Below, piece by piece: positions 9,824-19,601 of a stretch of 64,000 nt of DNA (positions within the stretch are counted from its first letter, which is position 1; each line of letters opens with the position of its first letter). Source of the DNA: Dehalococcoidia bacterium (GTDB taxonomy: Bacteria > Chloroflexota > Dehalococcoidia > GIF9 > AB-539-J10). Below the pieces are notes generated by a model. The model was not told the DNA's origin. It made no database searches and worked only from the letters and a program-made list of their open reading frames with translations. The translations under genes were made by a program, and so were the position numbers. Where the stretch lies: contig JAUWQI010000001.1 of assembly GCA_030611085.1 (NCBI GenBank), positions 32,390 through 96,389 of the forward strand, written 5' to 3'.

Positions 9824-10369
9824 ATGAAAACATTTAATAAGAAGGGCGACGAGGGTAAGACCAGTCTCCTTTATGGTGCCCGAGTGGCTAAAAATGATTT
9901 AAGATGTGAGGCTTACGGCACTATCGATGAGGCAGTTTCAATGTTAGGGTTAGCTAAAAGCTTTTGCCAACCCCAGATTAAAGACATTGTGTCGGATTTG
10001 CAGCGAGATTTATTTGTAGTAGGGACGGAGTTAGCAACGCAGAACGAACACTATTCAAAACTAGTGACAAAAGGCAGAGTGCTTAAACCCGAGATGGTGC
10101 AAAGACTGGAGGATTTAATAGATTATTTTGAGGCTAAGATTAACATGCCTCACGAGTTTATTATTCCCGGTGCCTGTGTGAGCTCGGCAGCATTGGATAT
10201 AGCCCGAACAATTGTGAGGCGTGCGGAAAGGAGAGCAGTCGATTTGGAACAGTCGGGGCAGTTAATGAATGAGGAAATATTAAAGTATCTTAATCGCCTG
10301 GCTGACTTAATTTTCACCCTGGCACGCTACGAGGAAAAGGTCGGAGATGGAAGTAATCCCAGCCATTGA
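9824..10369 (+). CDS. PduO-type ATP:cob(I)alamin adenosyltransferase
   Basis: KGDEGKTSL, AYGTIDE, ARTIVRRAER, YLNRLAD. Confidence 0.93.
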   Translation: MKTFNKKGDEGKTSLLYGARVAKNDLRCEAYGTIDEAVSMLGLAKSFCQPQIKDIVSDLQRDLFVVGTELATQNEHYSKLVTKGRVLKPEMVQRLEDLIDYFEAKINMPHEFIIPGACVSSAALDIARTIVRRAERRAVDLEQSGQLMNEEILKYLNRLADLIFTLARYEEKVGDGSNPSH

Positions 10370-11060
10370 TCTCAGAGATGGCAACTGCGTCCGCCTATAT
10401 CAAGGCGATTATGACCAGCAAACCGTCTTTGGTGAAGACCCAGCAGCAGTAGCTTTGAGGTGGCATTCTCAAGGAGCAAAGTGGCTCCATATTGTTGATT
10501 TAGATGGTGCAGCTATGGGTGAGCCAAGGAATATGGTAGCGGTTGAGGAAATAATAAAGGAGAGTGGGTTGCTGGTGGAGTTGGGTGGTGGCATCAGGAA
10601 AGAAGCTGTCGCCGAGGAATTGTTACACAAAGGGATAAGCCGAATCATTCTAGGCACATCGGCTGTGGAGAATCCAAGACTGCTGAAAAAGCTATGTCGG
10701 CGATTTGGTGAAGCCATTGTAGTGGGCCTCGATGCCCGAGATGGCAAAATCGCTGTCCATGGCTGGCGGAAAGATACAGCTATCGAGGTTCTAGAGCTAA
10801 GTCGGGAGATGGTAGAACTTGGAGTGAGGCGTTTTATCTATACGGATATAAAAAAGGATGGTACCCTCACCGAGCCCAATTTTGATGTAGTGCGGGAGCT
10901 TGTCTCCCACCTAAATGTTCCTATTATTGCGGCTGGAGGCATTTCCAGGGTGGAGCATTTGAGGAGGCTTAAAGAGCTTGGCGTTGAGGGAGCTATTATA
11001 GGCAAGGCTCTTTATACCGGGGATGTTGATTTAAAGGAAGCCATAGCTATCGGAGGTTAG
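10347..11060 (+). CDS. hisA: ProFAR isomerase
   Basis: VIPAIDL..G.CVRLYQGDY, HIVDLDGA, GGGIR, TDIKKDG. Confidence 0.96.
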   Translation: MEVIPAIDLRDGNCVRLYQGDYDQQTVFGEDPAAVALRWHSQGAKWLHIVDLDGAAMGEPRNMVAVEEIIKESGLLVELGGGIRKEAVAEELLHKGISRIILGTSAVENPRLLKKLCRRFGEAIVVGLDARDGKIAVHGWRKDTAIEVLELSREMVELGVRRFIYTDIKKDGTLTEPNFDVVRELVSHLNVPIIAAGGISRVEHLRRLKELGVEGAIIGKALYTGDVDLKEAIAIGG

Positions 11061-11066
11061 ACAAGG

Positions 11067-11405
11067 ATGTTAAAGCTTGACGATAAAGGTTTGATTCCAG
11101 CTATTATACAGAATGCCAGGAATGGTGAAGTGCTTATGCTTGGCTATATGAATAAGGAGTCACTGAAGCGTACAATAACCAGCGGGGATGTCTGGTTTTA
11201 TAGCCGCAGTCGGCAGGAATTGTGGCACAAGGGAGAAACTTCGGGTAATTTTCTCAAATTGAAATCCCTTATCAAGGACTGTGATAGCGATACGCTCTTA
11301 GTCCAAGCTGAGCCTACAGGTCCAGTATGCCACACTGGCAATCGAACTTGCTTCTTACAGGACGACACGAATTACAGATTCTTGGAGGAACAGGACTTAG
11401 GCTAG
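11067..11405 (+). CDS. hisI: Phosphoribosyl-AMP cyclohydrolase
   Basis: [30 protein letters not shown]. Confidence 0.95.
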   Translation: MLKLDDKGLIPAIIQNARNGEVLMLGYMNKESLKRTITSGDVWFYSRSRQELWHKGETSGNFLKLKSLIKDCDSDTLLVQAEPTGPVCHTGNRTCFLQDDTNYRFLEEQDLG

Positions 11406-12296
11406 CTGCTCCTCTGCTTCCTCAGAGTTTTCAGTCTCGATAACCTCATTTAACGCTGATATAGCAGCCTCCAGTTGGCTATCGTCAGGCTCTCTGGTAG
11501 TCATAGCTTGCAACATTAGCCCCGGTGCCAGGAGAATTTGGATTATGGCATTTTTAGCATGGCTTGCTCCAAATTTCATGATTTCATAGCTTAAGGCAGC
11601 AATTACCGGAATAAGGACTATACGAGATGTGATGCTTAACCATAGTGTGGGGCGACCAAACAAAGCAAAGACGAAGATAGCGATGATTAAAACAATAAAG
11701 ATAAAACCTGTGCCACAACGAGTGTGGGCAGTAGAATAATTCTTAATTGCGTCTACTTCCAAGGGGCTACCAGCTTCATAGGCATTAACCGTTTTGTGCT
11801 CCGCTCCATGGTAGGCAAAAACCCTTTTAATATCGGGAATTAACCCTATTAGCTTGAGGTAAACAATGAATATGCCAATACGAATAAAGCCTTCAACCAG
11901 GTTACTTACTAAGGCAGAGCCAATGTAGGGATCGATGAGATAACGAGTGACAAGGAGGGGAGCAATAAAGAAAAGGGCAACACCGAAGGCGAGACTAGCG
12001 GCCACAATTCCCCATAGAAGTCCTGTGGGTATTTTCTCTTCTTCTTCCTCTGCTGAAGCTACCTGAGCGGAGTGAAGTAGGGCTTGAGTGCCCAAAACCA
12101 GGGCTTCGATGAGAACGATAAACCCTCTGACTAAAGGTGTCTCCCTAAGGCGACCCTTATAAATGCCGGGTAATGGCTTTTTTGTGGTGTTTAATTTCCC
12201 ATCGGGGCCGCGTACAGAAATGGCTAGATTATCCCTGCCCCGCATCATCACTCCCTCGATGACTGCCTGCCCACCATAATAAAAAGGTTTTGCCAT
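11397..12296 (-). CDS. DUF1385 membrane protein
   Basis: [23 protein letters not shown]; commonly found next to rpmE. Confidence 0.9.
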   Translation of the reverse strand: MAKPFYYGGQAVIEGVMMRGRDNLAISVRGPDGKLNTTKKPLPGIYKGRLRETPLVRGFIVLIEALVLGTQALLHSAQVASAEEEEEKIPTGLLWGIVAASLAFGVALFFIAPLLVTRYLIDPYIGSALVSNLVEGFIRIGIFIVYLKLIGLIPDIKRVFAYHGAEHKTVNAYEAGSPLEVDAIKNYSTAHTRCGTGFIFIVLIIAIFVFALFGRPTLWLSITSRIVLIPVIAALSYEIMKFGASHAKNAIIQILLAPGLMLQAMTTREPDDSQLEAAISALNEVIETENSEEAEEQLA

Positions 12297-12440
12297 TAGT
12301 ATCTCAATCCCTCTAAAATTTGCAATTCCACCTCAGCTATGAAAATCTCGTCAGCATTATAATAGAAATGGCTAAAAGAAAGGAAACTAACTCTTTAAGA
12401 TAGTAACCACAAACGAACTTTTAGTTTCCAGAAAGCGAGC

Positions 12441-12767
12441 TTAGGAGTAGTAGATGTTTGATGTCGCGTACTTAGCTCCAAGAATTCCTTTTATTTCCTG
12501 CTGTTCCTTCAAATCTGTTATTGCTTCTAACTTTGAGATGAGGTTATCCTCTCCTTTGACCTTCCAATCCACTATGTACCCTTGTATAAAAAGGCTGCTT
12601 ACTTCGTGAACACAGCTCCCATCACAGAAGGTAATACCTCCCCCTGCTTCTGACCAAATGCAGAGAACCTTCTTGCCTTTGTAATCTAAAGTCTCCTCCT
12701 TTATATGGTATGCTCTCCCCTCAGGTCCTATATCTTCACCTTCCGGCAAATGAATGTATTCCATCAT
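12441..12767 (-). CDS. Hypothetical protein coupled to rpmE
   Basis: Overlaps the rpmE stop by 4 nt; contains CDGSC. Confidence 0.6.
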   Translation of the reverse strand: MMEYIHLPEGEDIGPEGRAYHIKEETLDYKGKKVLCIWSEAGGGITFCDGSCVHEVSSLFIQGYIVDWKVKGEDNLISKLEAITDLKEQQEIKGILGAKYATSNIYYS

Positions 12768-12967
12768 TTTATCTGGTATCGCTTCTTAAAGCGTTCCACT
12801 CTTCCCAAGGTGTCCACTATCCTCTGTTCTCCAGTATAGAAAGGATGGCATTTGCTGCACACCTCGACTCTGAGCTCTGGCCTGGTCGAACCAGTGGTAA
12901 AGGTATTACCACAAAGGCAAGTCACTTTGGCATTCTCATAATACTTGGGATGGATTTTGTCTTTCAT
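12764..12967 (-). CDS. rpmE: 50S ribosomal protein L31 (Zn-binding type)
   Basis: [20 protein letters not shown]. Confidence 0.97.
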   Translation of the reverse strand: MKDKIHPKYYENAKVTCLCGNTFTTGSTRPELRVEVCSKCHPFYTGEQRIVDTLGRVERFKKRYQIK

Positions 12968-13215
12968 TTATAAACGCTCACCTTCTTTTTATATTTGGTC
13001 GCTGGCTCATATTTAACACAGCCATCTATTAAGGCAAAGAGGGTATAGTCTCTACCCAGGCCGACATTGCTTCCGGGGAATATGCGAGTCCCACGCTGCC
13101 GAACTAGAATAGTTCCAGCATGAACTTGTTCTCCTCCGTATCTTTTCACTCCCAGTCGCTTCGACTGGCTATCACGCCCACATCTTGTGCTGCCGCCACC
13201 TTTTTTATGTGCCAT
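12964..13215 (-). CDS. rpmA: 50S ribosomal protein L27
   Basis: [20 protein letters not shown]. Confidence 0.97.
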   Translation of the reverse strand: MAHKKGGGSTRCGRDSQSKRLGVKRYGGEQVHAGTILVRQRGTRIFPGSNVGLGRDYTLFALIDGCVKYEPATKYKKKVSVYK

Positions 13216-13217
13216 GT

Positions 13218-13538
13218 TTACCCTCCCGGCTTAACAATCTCATTTATTGATAGTCTAGTATAAATCTGACGATGCCCTGTTTTCTTACGATAGCGAACTT
13301 TGGACTTATATTTAAACACTATAATTTTGTCTCCTTTGATTTCCCCCAGAGAGGTAGCGAGAACCTTAGCATCTTTGATAATTGGGTTGCCTATAAGCGT
13401 ATTTTCATCATCACCGATAAATAGTACCTTATCCATCTCAACCGTGTCGCCTTCAGGTATATTTAAGCGTTCAACCTCTATCGTCTGCTTTGGAGCAACC
13501 TTATACTGTTTGCCACCTGTCTCAATAATAGCGTAAAT
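13218..13538 (-). CDS. rplU: 50S ribosomal protein L21 with non-canonical ATT start
   Basis: Frame extends upstream of the track ORF to (I)[11 protein letters not shown]; GGAGG 6 nt before ATT; C-terminal GHRQ. Confidence 0.93.
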   Translation of the reverse strand: MYAIIETGGKQYKVAPKQTIEVERLNIPEGDTVEMDKVLFIGDDENTLIGNPIIKDAKVLATSLGEIKGDKIIVFKYKSKVRYRKKTGHRQIYTRLSINEIVKPGG

Positions 13539-13560
13539 TTTTCACCTCCATCCTCTCACT

Positions 13561-13616
13561 TGTCATTGCGAGCAAAGCGAAGCAATCTCAAGATCCTTCA
13601 CTATCACTCAGGGCGA
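13561..13616. repeat. Family-A palindromic element
   Basis: TGTCATTGCGAGCAAAGCGAAGCAATCTC...CTCAGGGCGA. Confidence 0.85.
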
Positions 13617-13738
13617 ATACCCGCCAGAGATTGAATCTTATCAGTTCAAATTGCTGGGTGTCAAACTGCTTGGGTCTCTCTGTTGATGTTCTACAATCTT
13701 GTCACCCCTTAACAGCAACATTGACTCAGCACATCGAG

Positions 13739-14662
13739 TTACGCTCCTGAGGTGGCTCCGAACTCTACCCTTACCCCCTGTGGCACAGCATAGCCAATAA
13801 ACTTGTAAGCCAGTTTGGCTAATAGAAAAGCGCAAGCCACTGGACCCTCTCGGGGGCAGAATTCCATTAAATCAAAGCCAACTATGTGTTTATGAAGGGC
13901 TACCGACTTTATTATAGTTAAGACCTGCTGCCATTGCATACCACCTGGTTCAGGAGTGCCCACTGCGGGCATAATGGAAGGGTCTAAAACATCGACATCT
14001 ATAGTGACATAAACATCCTGGCTGAGCGAGTCCAGCATTTTCTCTGTGGAAATTGTAGTTGATAGCAAATCAGACATGTAGAAAGGAGTCATCTTATTCT
14101 GGCTCAAGAATTGTTTTTCTTCTCGACTGAGGCTGCGAATTCCCACTTGAACAATAGGACAAAGTTCGAAGATACGGTGCATAACGCAGGCTTGGCCATA
14201 TTTGGTGCCTAAATACTTATCTCGAAGGTCAGTGTGAGCATCCAGTTGTAACACGGAAAGTCTGGGGAATGCCTCTTTAAAGGCTCGAGCTGTGCCTAGA
14301 GAGAGAGAATGTTCTCCGCCTAGCATCACCACAAATTTCCCCTTTTGTATTAAACCCTTAGTTAAGTTGTAGACCCTTTCTATCATATCTTTGGGGCCAC
14401 TTAACACTGGCTCTACCTGAGGCAGGGTATGGATACCAACTTTATATATCTCACGGTCTAATTCTAAATCGTAGAGCTCTAGATATTGGGAGGCGTCGAT
14501 GATAGCCTGAGGGCCATCCCGAGTTCCGCTCCGCCATTCGACAGTGCTATCGTAGGGAACAGGCAGAATTACAGTCCTGGCTTGTTGCAAATCTGAATAG
14601 GGTGGTGATAATCCAGCGAAGGTACGCTGTAGGAATGCCTCTTCATTCCCCATGATAAACAA
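13739..14662 (-). CDS. speB: Agmatinase
   Basis: GGEHS, DAHTD, DVDVLDP and GTPEPGG ureohydrolase motifs. Confidence 0.92.
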   Translation of the reverse strand: MFIMGNEEAFLQRTFAGLSPPYSDLQQARTVILPVPYDSTVEWRSGTRDGPQAIIDASQYLELYDLELDREIYKVGIHTLPQVEPVLSGPKDMIERVYNLTKGLIQKGKFVVMLGGEHSLSLGTARAFKEAFPRLSVLQLDAHTDLRDKYLGTKYGQACVMHRIFELCPIVQVGIRSLSREEKQFLSQNKMTPFYMSDLLSTTISTEKMLDSLSQDVYVTIDVDVLDPSIMPAVGTPEPGGMQWQQVLTIIKSVALHKHIVGFDLMEFCPREGPVACAFLLAKLAYKFIGYAVPQGVRVEFGATSGA

Positions 14663-15041
14663 AGTTCACGACATTGCTAGTTGCAAGTTCTGTTTGCGGA
14701 CAGTCTCTATCAATCAGGCAGGTTCTTGATTTAATTAGTCGGAATGCGACTTGAAAATCCTTAATCGCTTTCTCGGCATCGAAATCCTTGCATGAGAAAA
14801 CATCTATATTGACATAATTCTGCTCAACAAAAGTATGGATGCTGATATGACTCTCAGCAATAAAAACAAATCCCGATATGCCCCAATCCTCTAGTTTTGG
14901 TTCTCCATATCTAAGCACGTAGGGTGGTGAAATTCTGGTCATACCAATTCTGGCGGGATAGCTTTCCAGCCAGTTTCGAAGATAATTCTCATCCTGGAGA
15001 AGTTCTTGATTATCAGAATAGCCATCTATAATTAGGTGCAT
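14643..15041 (-). CDS. speD: SpeD-family pyruvoyl decarboxylase proenzyme (SAM or arginine decarboxylase)
   Basis: FIAESHISIHT autocleavage motif, DVFSCK; GAAGGAGG RBS. Confidence 0.85.
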   Translation of the reverse strand: MHLIIDGYSDNQELLQDENYLRNWLESYPARIGMTRISPPYVLRYGEPKLEDWGISGFVFIAESHISIHTFVEQNYVNIDVFSCKDFDAEKAIKDFQVAFRLIKSRTCLIDRDCPQTELATSNVVNFVYHGE

Positions 15042-15071
15042 TGGACCTCCTTCAAATCTGGCGTGCTCCCC

Positions 15072-15095
15072 GTAGCGCGGAGGCTTGTCCTCCGC
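15072..15095. repeat. GTAG-footed REP-like palindrome
   Basis: GTAGCGCGGAGGCTTGTCCTCCGC. Confidence 0.7.
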
Positions 15096-15138
15096 TAGAG
15101 TTAACCCAAGACATCACCTCTCTAAAAGCTAATAGCTC

Positions 15139-16434
15139 TCAGCATTTGATTGCAGGGCGAGCTAAATATTTTCCCACTATCGCCATGGCACAATATTTGC
15201 CACACATGCTGCAAGTATTTCCAGAGCTAGGAATCTTGTTATGGACTTGTCGTGAGAGCTCTGGGTCTAAGGACAATTTAGCTTGAGTCTCCCAATCAAG
15301 GGTCTTGCGGGCTCGGGCTATTTTTTCATCTTGCTCCCGAGCACCTTTTACTCCCTTAATAATATCACCAGCGTGAGCAGCTATGCGGGAGGCAATTACT
15401 CCTTGTTTTACATCCTCAACATCGGGAAGGGAGAGGTGCTCTGTGGGGGTAACATAGCACAAGAAATCTGCACCTGCAGCAGCAGCGATGGCTCCCCCGA
15501 TGGCACCAGTAATATGGTCATAGCCGGCACCTATATCGGTCACTAGAGGACCTAAGACATAAAAAGGTGCTCCATGGCAGAGGCTCTTTTCTAGTTGGAC
15601 ATTAGTAGCCACTTGGTCCAGCGGCAAATGCCCAGGTCCTTCTATTATGGACTGAACGCCAGCTTCTCGGGTACGTTTCACTAACTCTCCAAGGATGATT
15701 AGTTCTTCGACTTGAGCTCTATCAGTGGCATCGGCGATGCATCCTGGGCGTAAGCCATCACCCAAACTCAAGGCGAAATCATATTTGTGGGCTAAGTCCA
15801 ACAAACGGTCATAATATTGGTATAAAGGATTTTCCTTCTCATTATGCAGCATCCAGCCAATGAGAAAGGCACCTCCTCGGGAGACTATATCGGTTATTCT
15901 CCCTTGGTTTCTAAGTCTTGCCACCGATGCCTGAGTTACTCCGCAGTGAACGGTCATGAAATCAACGCCGTCCCTGGCTTGTTCTTCGATTACATCGAAA
16001 ATCTCGTCCACGGTCATGCTCACGATAGCCCCGTGTTTTGCAATGGCTTCGATGCCAGCTTGATAAACAGGCACAGTCCCTACAGGCACGGTGCTAGCAT
16101 TAATGATAGCTCTTCTGATAGCTGGAATATCGTTGCCAGTGCTCAAATCCATGACTGTATCGCTACCAAATGCAATAGCAGCTTGTAATTTTCTAAGTTC
16201 TGTATCTACATCAAAAGAATCTGGGGATGTGCCTATATTAGCATTGACCTTTGTCTTTAGTCCCTTGCCTATGCCACAAGGGGCTAGATTTGCATGGTTG
16301 GCATTGGCTGGAATTATGATTTTACCCTCGCTCAAACCTTGTAGGATAAAATCAATTTCTACCCCCTCCTTTTCAGCCACATGCTTCACCTGGGGTGAAA
16401 CAATTCCCTTTCGAACTAGCTCTAATTGAGTCAT
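15139..16434 (-). CDS. thiC: Phosphomethylpyrimidine synthase, short form (a Bza paralogue is not excluded)
   Basis: [44 protein letters not shown]. Confidence 0.88.
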   Translation of the reverse strand: MTQLELVRKGIVSPQVKHVAEKEGVEIDFILQGLSEGKIIIPANANHANLAPCGIGKGLKTKVNANIGTSPDSFDVDTELRKLQAAIAFGSDTVMDLSTGNDIPAIRRAIINASTVPVGTVPVYQAGIEAIAKHGAIVSMTVDEIFDVIEEQARDGVDFMTVHCGVTQASVARLRNQGRITDIVSRGGAFLIGWMLHNEKENPLYQYYDRLLDLAHKYDFALSLGDGLRPGCIADATDRAQVEELIILGELVKRTREAGVQSIIEGPGHLPLDQVATNVQLEKSLCHGAPFYVLGPLVTDIGAGYDHITGAIGGAIAAAAGADFLCYVTPTEHLSLPDVEDVKQGVIASRIAAHAGDIIKGVKGAREQDEKIARARKTLDWETQAKLSLDPELSRQVHNKIPSSGNTCSMCGKYCAMAIVGKYLARPAIKC

Positions 16435-16457
16435 TTCCCTACATCTTTCTCATTATA

Positions 16458-16589
16458 GAGGCTGTTTAATTTTGTTTTTCCGTTTGATTTTGGGTATTTT
16501 GGGGAGTCTTCACCCCCAAATTTTTGTAGTTGCCTGATTTATCAGGCTTAGCCCAATAAATTGGGCAACTACATTTTTTAAACAGCCTC
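16458..16589. mobile_element. MITE-like element: 12-bp TIR GAGGCTGTTTAA, 6-bp TSD ATTATA, carrying family-B REP doublet
   Basis: TIRs at 16458-16469 and 16578-16589; ATTATA at 16452-16457 and 16590-16595. Confidence 0.8.
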
Positions 16590-16688
16590 ATTATAAGGTA
16601 ACCCTAATTTGAATTATGAAAATATTTTGTATAAGCTTAGAAGGTAAAGTTAGCATAAAATTACTCCCAGATGCAAATTTGAGGGATG

Positions 16689-16885
16689 GAGATTGTTTAG
16701 CAACCCATTTGTCATTCTGAGCCCTACGGGCGAAGAATCTCTCTTAGACTCTTCGCGGAGCCTGTCCTGGTGAGCCGAAGCTCTGAATGCAATGAAGAGG
16801 AGATTCTTCAGTCGCTTCTCTCCCTCAGAATGACAAGAAGCGAAGGGCGCAGAGTAACATTTATCACTTATTAATAAACACTCTC
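16689..16885. mobile_element. MITE-like element: TIR GAGA(T/G)TGTTTA, 6-bp TSD GGGATG, carrying composite family-A palindromes
   Basis: GAGATTGTTTA at 16689 and TAAACACTCTC ending at 16885; GGGATG at 16683-16688 and 16886-16891. Confidence 0.8.
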
Positions 16886-16917
16886 GGGATGCAATCTAGT
16901 TATCAACTGGAGGTAGA

Positions 16918-17439
16918 ATGATTAGAAGTTTCAGTGGCATGACACCAAAAATAGCGGAGTCGGCTTTCGTTAGCGAAGCTGCCTATGTTGTTGGCGATGT
17001 GGAGATTGATGGGAATTCCAGCGTGTGGCCTGGAGCAGTAATCAGGGGTGATTTTGGCAAGATAAAAATTGGCAAGAATACCGCTGTGGAGGATAACTGC
17101 GTTATCCATTCAGGGTCACCTTCGGGAATCGTGAATGTTGTGATTGGAGATAATGTAGTTATCGGTCACGGTGCCGTTAGCAATTGCCGCAAGATTGGGA
17201 ACAATAGTCTTATAGGCATGAACTCCACTATTCTCCATGATGCTGAAATTGGTGACTTTTGCGTGATTGCTGCTGGATGCTTGGTGCGGCAAGGAATAAA
17301 AATCCCCAATGGTAAGTTAGTTGCTGGCGTTCCTGGCAGAATTAAAGGAGAGGCTTCGGCAGAACAGTTATGGTGGACACAAAACAACCCAGTACTTTAT
17401 CCCAAGCTAGCTAAGCAATACAAAGAACAGGGGCTCTAG
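16918..17439 (+). CDS. Gamma-carbonic anhydrase family (YrdA-like) protein
   Basis: Hexapeptide repeats, VVGDV.I, IRGDFG, EDNCVIH, IGHGA. Confidence 0.9.
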   Translation: MIRSFSGMTPKIAESAFVSEAAYVVGDVEIDGNSSVWPGAVIRGDFGKIKIGKNTAVEDNCVIHSGSPSGIVNVVIGDNVVIGHGAVSNCRKIGNNSLIGMNSTILHDAEIGDFCVIAAGCLVRQGIKIPNGKLVAGVPGRIKGEASAEQLWWTQNNPVLYPKLAKQYKEQGL

Positions 17440-17467
17440 CTGATATTGGACTTTCATCGTAACAGTC

Positions 17468-18139
17468 TCAATCCTCTTTTGCACCTTTCCCTAATACTGT
17501 TCCCCCCACTTGCCTCATCCACCGGCTGAGCACTAGTGGAAAGAACATGCTAGTAGTAGCCTGATAATTTCTGTACTCCTCACCGAAGACCAGGGTAAGA
17601 AGCTTCTCTTCCGATTTTGCCTGAAGGTAGAATAGGGGCACTGAAGAAAGGAAAATCAATATAAAGAGGAAGTCTTTGAAGAATAGGAAAAGCCCGAGGT
17701 AGGCTATCATCTTTGATGCGTATTGAGGATGCCTGATATGGCGGTATGCACCTGCCTTGACGACTCTGTGCCCTTGTTTTAAGCGGGCGCACCGTGGCTC
17801 GTTAAATTCGCCGAAGGACACAATTGCCCACCAGGATAAAAACATCCCTGCGACCAACAGCACGATGCCCATCAACTGGAGGGAAAAATCGAAGGAGCAA
17901 GAGAAGGGTAGGAACATATCAGGATACCCCAGCATAAGAAAAAGGAGTGCAAATCCCAGCGAGATGAGGATGAATACTCGGTCGAACACCACAGTAACCA
18001 GAGCCAATGTTCGGGAGGGCGCAGGCATTTGGAGGTCGGATTTTCGCATTCTGCTAAGTCTCATATACTTTATCCAGATGACAAGAAATGTCACTATCCC
18101 CAGCACTACGAGAGCCTTCATCAAAAAGATGTCTAACAT
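17468..18139 (-). CDS. Isoprenylcysteine carboxyl methyltransferase/PEMT-family membrane methyltransferase
   Basis: HRVVKAGAYRHIRHPQY, EEKLL...FGEEYRNY. Confidence 0.85.
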   Translation of the reverse strand: MLDIFLMKALVVLGIVTFLVIWIKYMRLSRMRKSDLQMPAPSRTLALVTVVFDRVFILISLGFALLFLMLGYPDMFLPFSCSFDFSLQLMGIVLLVAGMFLSWWAIVSFGEFNEPRCARLKQGHRVVKAGAYRHIRHPQYASKMIAYLGLFLFFKDFLFILIFLSSVPLFYLQAKSEEKLLTLVFGEEYRNYQATTSMFFPLVLSRWMRQVGGTVLGKGAKED

Positions 18140-18591
18140 TTGGTCATCATACCTTTCTGCAACATAGCTTTGAGTTTGGCTATGTTTCGCCTCGTGTCCT
18201 TCTTGGCATGATTTTCTAGCCCCAATTTACCAGCGAACCGACCCAGCAGCGAGCCCGGCACTGTATAATCTGCAATATAGGTTGCCTTTGTGCCACTGCC
18301 TTGAGCTTCTAACTCGAAGGTCAGCATCATTCTCCCCCCAAAGCCTGTCATCTCCCAGACGATTCTATGTGGGCGCTCATATTTGACTACCTTGCGACAG
18401 AATTCGACAGTTCTGCCACCTATTTTGGAGACCTGTGTCCAGCTTGCCCCCACTGCTAGAGGTCTTTCCAGCCGGCCCTTATTATCAACAAAGTTGCTAT
18501 TCCACGCCGACATATTATCCGGCTCGGCAATATAATCAAAGACATATTCCACCGGCGCCTGAGTGTAAAAGCTTATCTTCGTACGAGCCAT
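18133..18591 (-). CDS. SRPBCC/START-domain (polyketide cyclase-like) lipid-binding protein
   Basis: APVEYVFDYIAEPDNMSAW...LKAML pattern. Confidence 0.85.
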   Translation of the reverse strand: MARTKISFYTQAPVEYVFDYIAEPDNMSAWNSNFVDNKGRLERPLAVGASWTQVSKIGGRTVEFCRKVVKYERPHRIVWEMTGFGGRMMLTFELEAQGSGTKATYIADYTVPGSLLGRFAGKLGLENHAKKDTRRNIAKLKAMLQKGMMTKC

Positions 18592-18592
18592 T

Positions 18593-18832
18593 TCATTCCT
18601 TTCTCTTTCGGTCTCTATATTTTGTTAAGCAGTCGTGGCTGCAGAAGGTAAGCCCATCTTCCACAAACCTTAGCCACCCGGTAGCCCTCTTGCCACATAT
18701 GGCGCAGTAACTTGACCTTCCCGCCTCTCGGTCTTCATACTCCCGAACACAAGCTTGGCTACAGAACTTAAGCTCCCCTTTGCTCCAGGTTATCCTGCCC
18801 AGTTTTTTCCCACAAAGAGCACACTTTGCCAT
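18593..18832 (-). CDS. Tandem TRASH-like metal-binding protein
   Basis: Two CxxCG...FCSxxC repeats. Confidence 0.75.
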   Translation of the reverse strand: MAKCALCGKKLGRITWSKGELKFCSQACVREYEDREAGRSSYCAICGKRATGWLRFVEDGLTFCSHDCLTKYRDRKRKE

Positions 18833-18851
18833 TTTAGCCTCCCGAACTTTA

Positions 18852-19595
18852 CTAAAGTAAGCGTCTTCCTCTGGTTTTGCCTTTTATTCTGATGCCCAGA
18901 ACATCACTTAGAAGATGCTGAGCATGCCAATAAGTGTCATTAACAACTTGTTTGCCCAGGGGTAAAACCCCCAAAGGGTCAACAGCTTTTTCATCGAAAT
19001 CAAGCCCGAATTTTCTAGCAAGCTCCCTTAGCTCAAATAATATGTCCTCGATACTAAGAGTAGAGAAAGCTTCATCTTGCACATTTTCCTGAGATGTATC
19101 GGGGGCAGACTGGTGATACTCTCGTCTTTTCGCCTTTTCTTTTAACACCTTGAAGGCTCCATATACCCTCATGAGCTTCCCCAGGTTATCTCCACTGAGA
19201 TCCACGACATTACGATATTTGTTTACTAATTTTGTGGATGCCTTATCAATATCTTGCTCAGAAGCATCCTTACTCACCTCTAACATCTCATATAGGATGC
19301 TCTCAAAGTTAGAATCAAGGGAAGTCTCATCTTCGCCATGTGCTTGAGTAAATGCATCCAGCCCAAGGCGGTCATATTCTCGCTTTTTCCCCTCATCTTT
19401 CAACACAGAGTAAGCCTGATATACTTCCTCAAACTTCCCCTCGTTGCCCCTTCGTGGGTTTATTTGCGGATGATATTGGAGTGCTAATTTTATGAATGCC
19501 TTTTCCATCTTTGCTTTATTAGCATTCCTATCCACCTCTAATATCTGGTAATAATCCTGCTTGTGCATATAGTTTGCCCTCCCCAAATTTTTCAA
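18852..19595 (-). CDS. Tandem J-domain-like protein lacking HPD
   Basis: DYYQILEV...LALQYHPQ...AYSVL...REYD and a second LYEMLEV...AFKVL...RREY; start probably ATG 19568. Confidence 0.8.
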   Translation of the reverse strand: MKNLGRANYMHKQDYYQILEVDRNANKAKMEKAFIKLALQYHPQINPRRGNEGKFEEVYQAYSVLKDEGKKREYDRLGLDAFTQAHGEDETSLDSNFESILYEMLEVSKDASEQDIDKASTKLVNKYRNVVDLSGDNLGKLMRVYGAFKVLKEKAKRREYHQSAPDTSQENVQDEAFSTLSIEDILFELRELARKFGLDFDEKAVDPLGVLPLGKQVVNDTYWHAQHLLSDVLGIRIKGKTRGRRLL

Positions 19596-19601
19596 CCGAG
19601 T

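Noticed and set aside
16435-16900. TPP riboswitch upstream of thiC
   Set aside because: No CTGAGA or other TPP core motifs on the minus strand; the region is occupied by MITE-like elements
17440-17467. Left attachment site of the island
   Set aside because: No match found by eye to sequences near the recombinase or mazEF; the island boundary is inferred from gene content only
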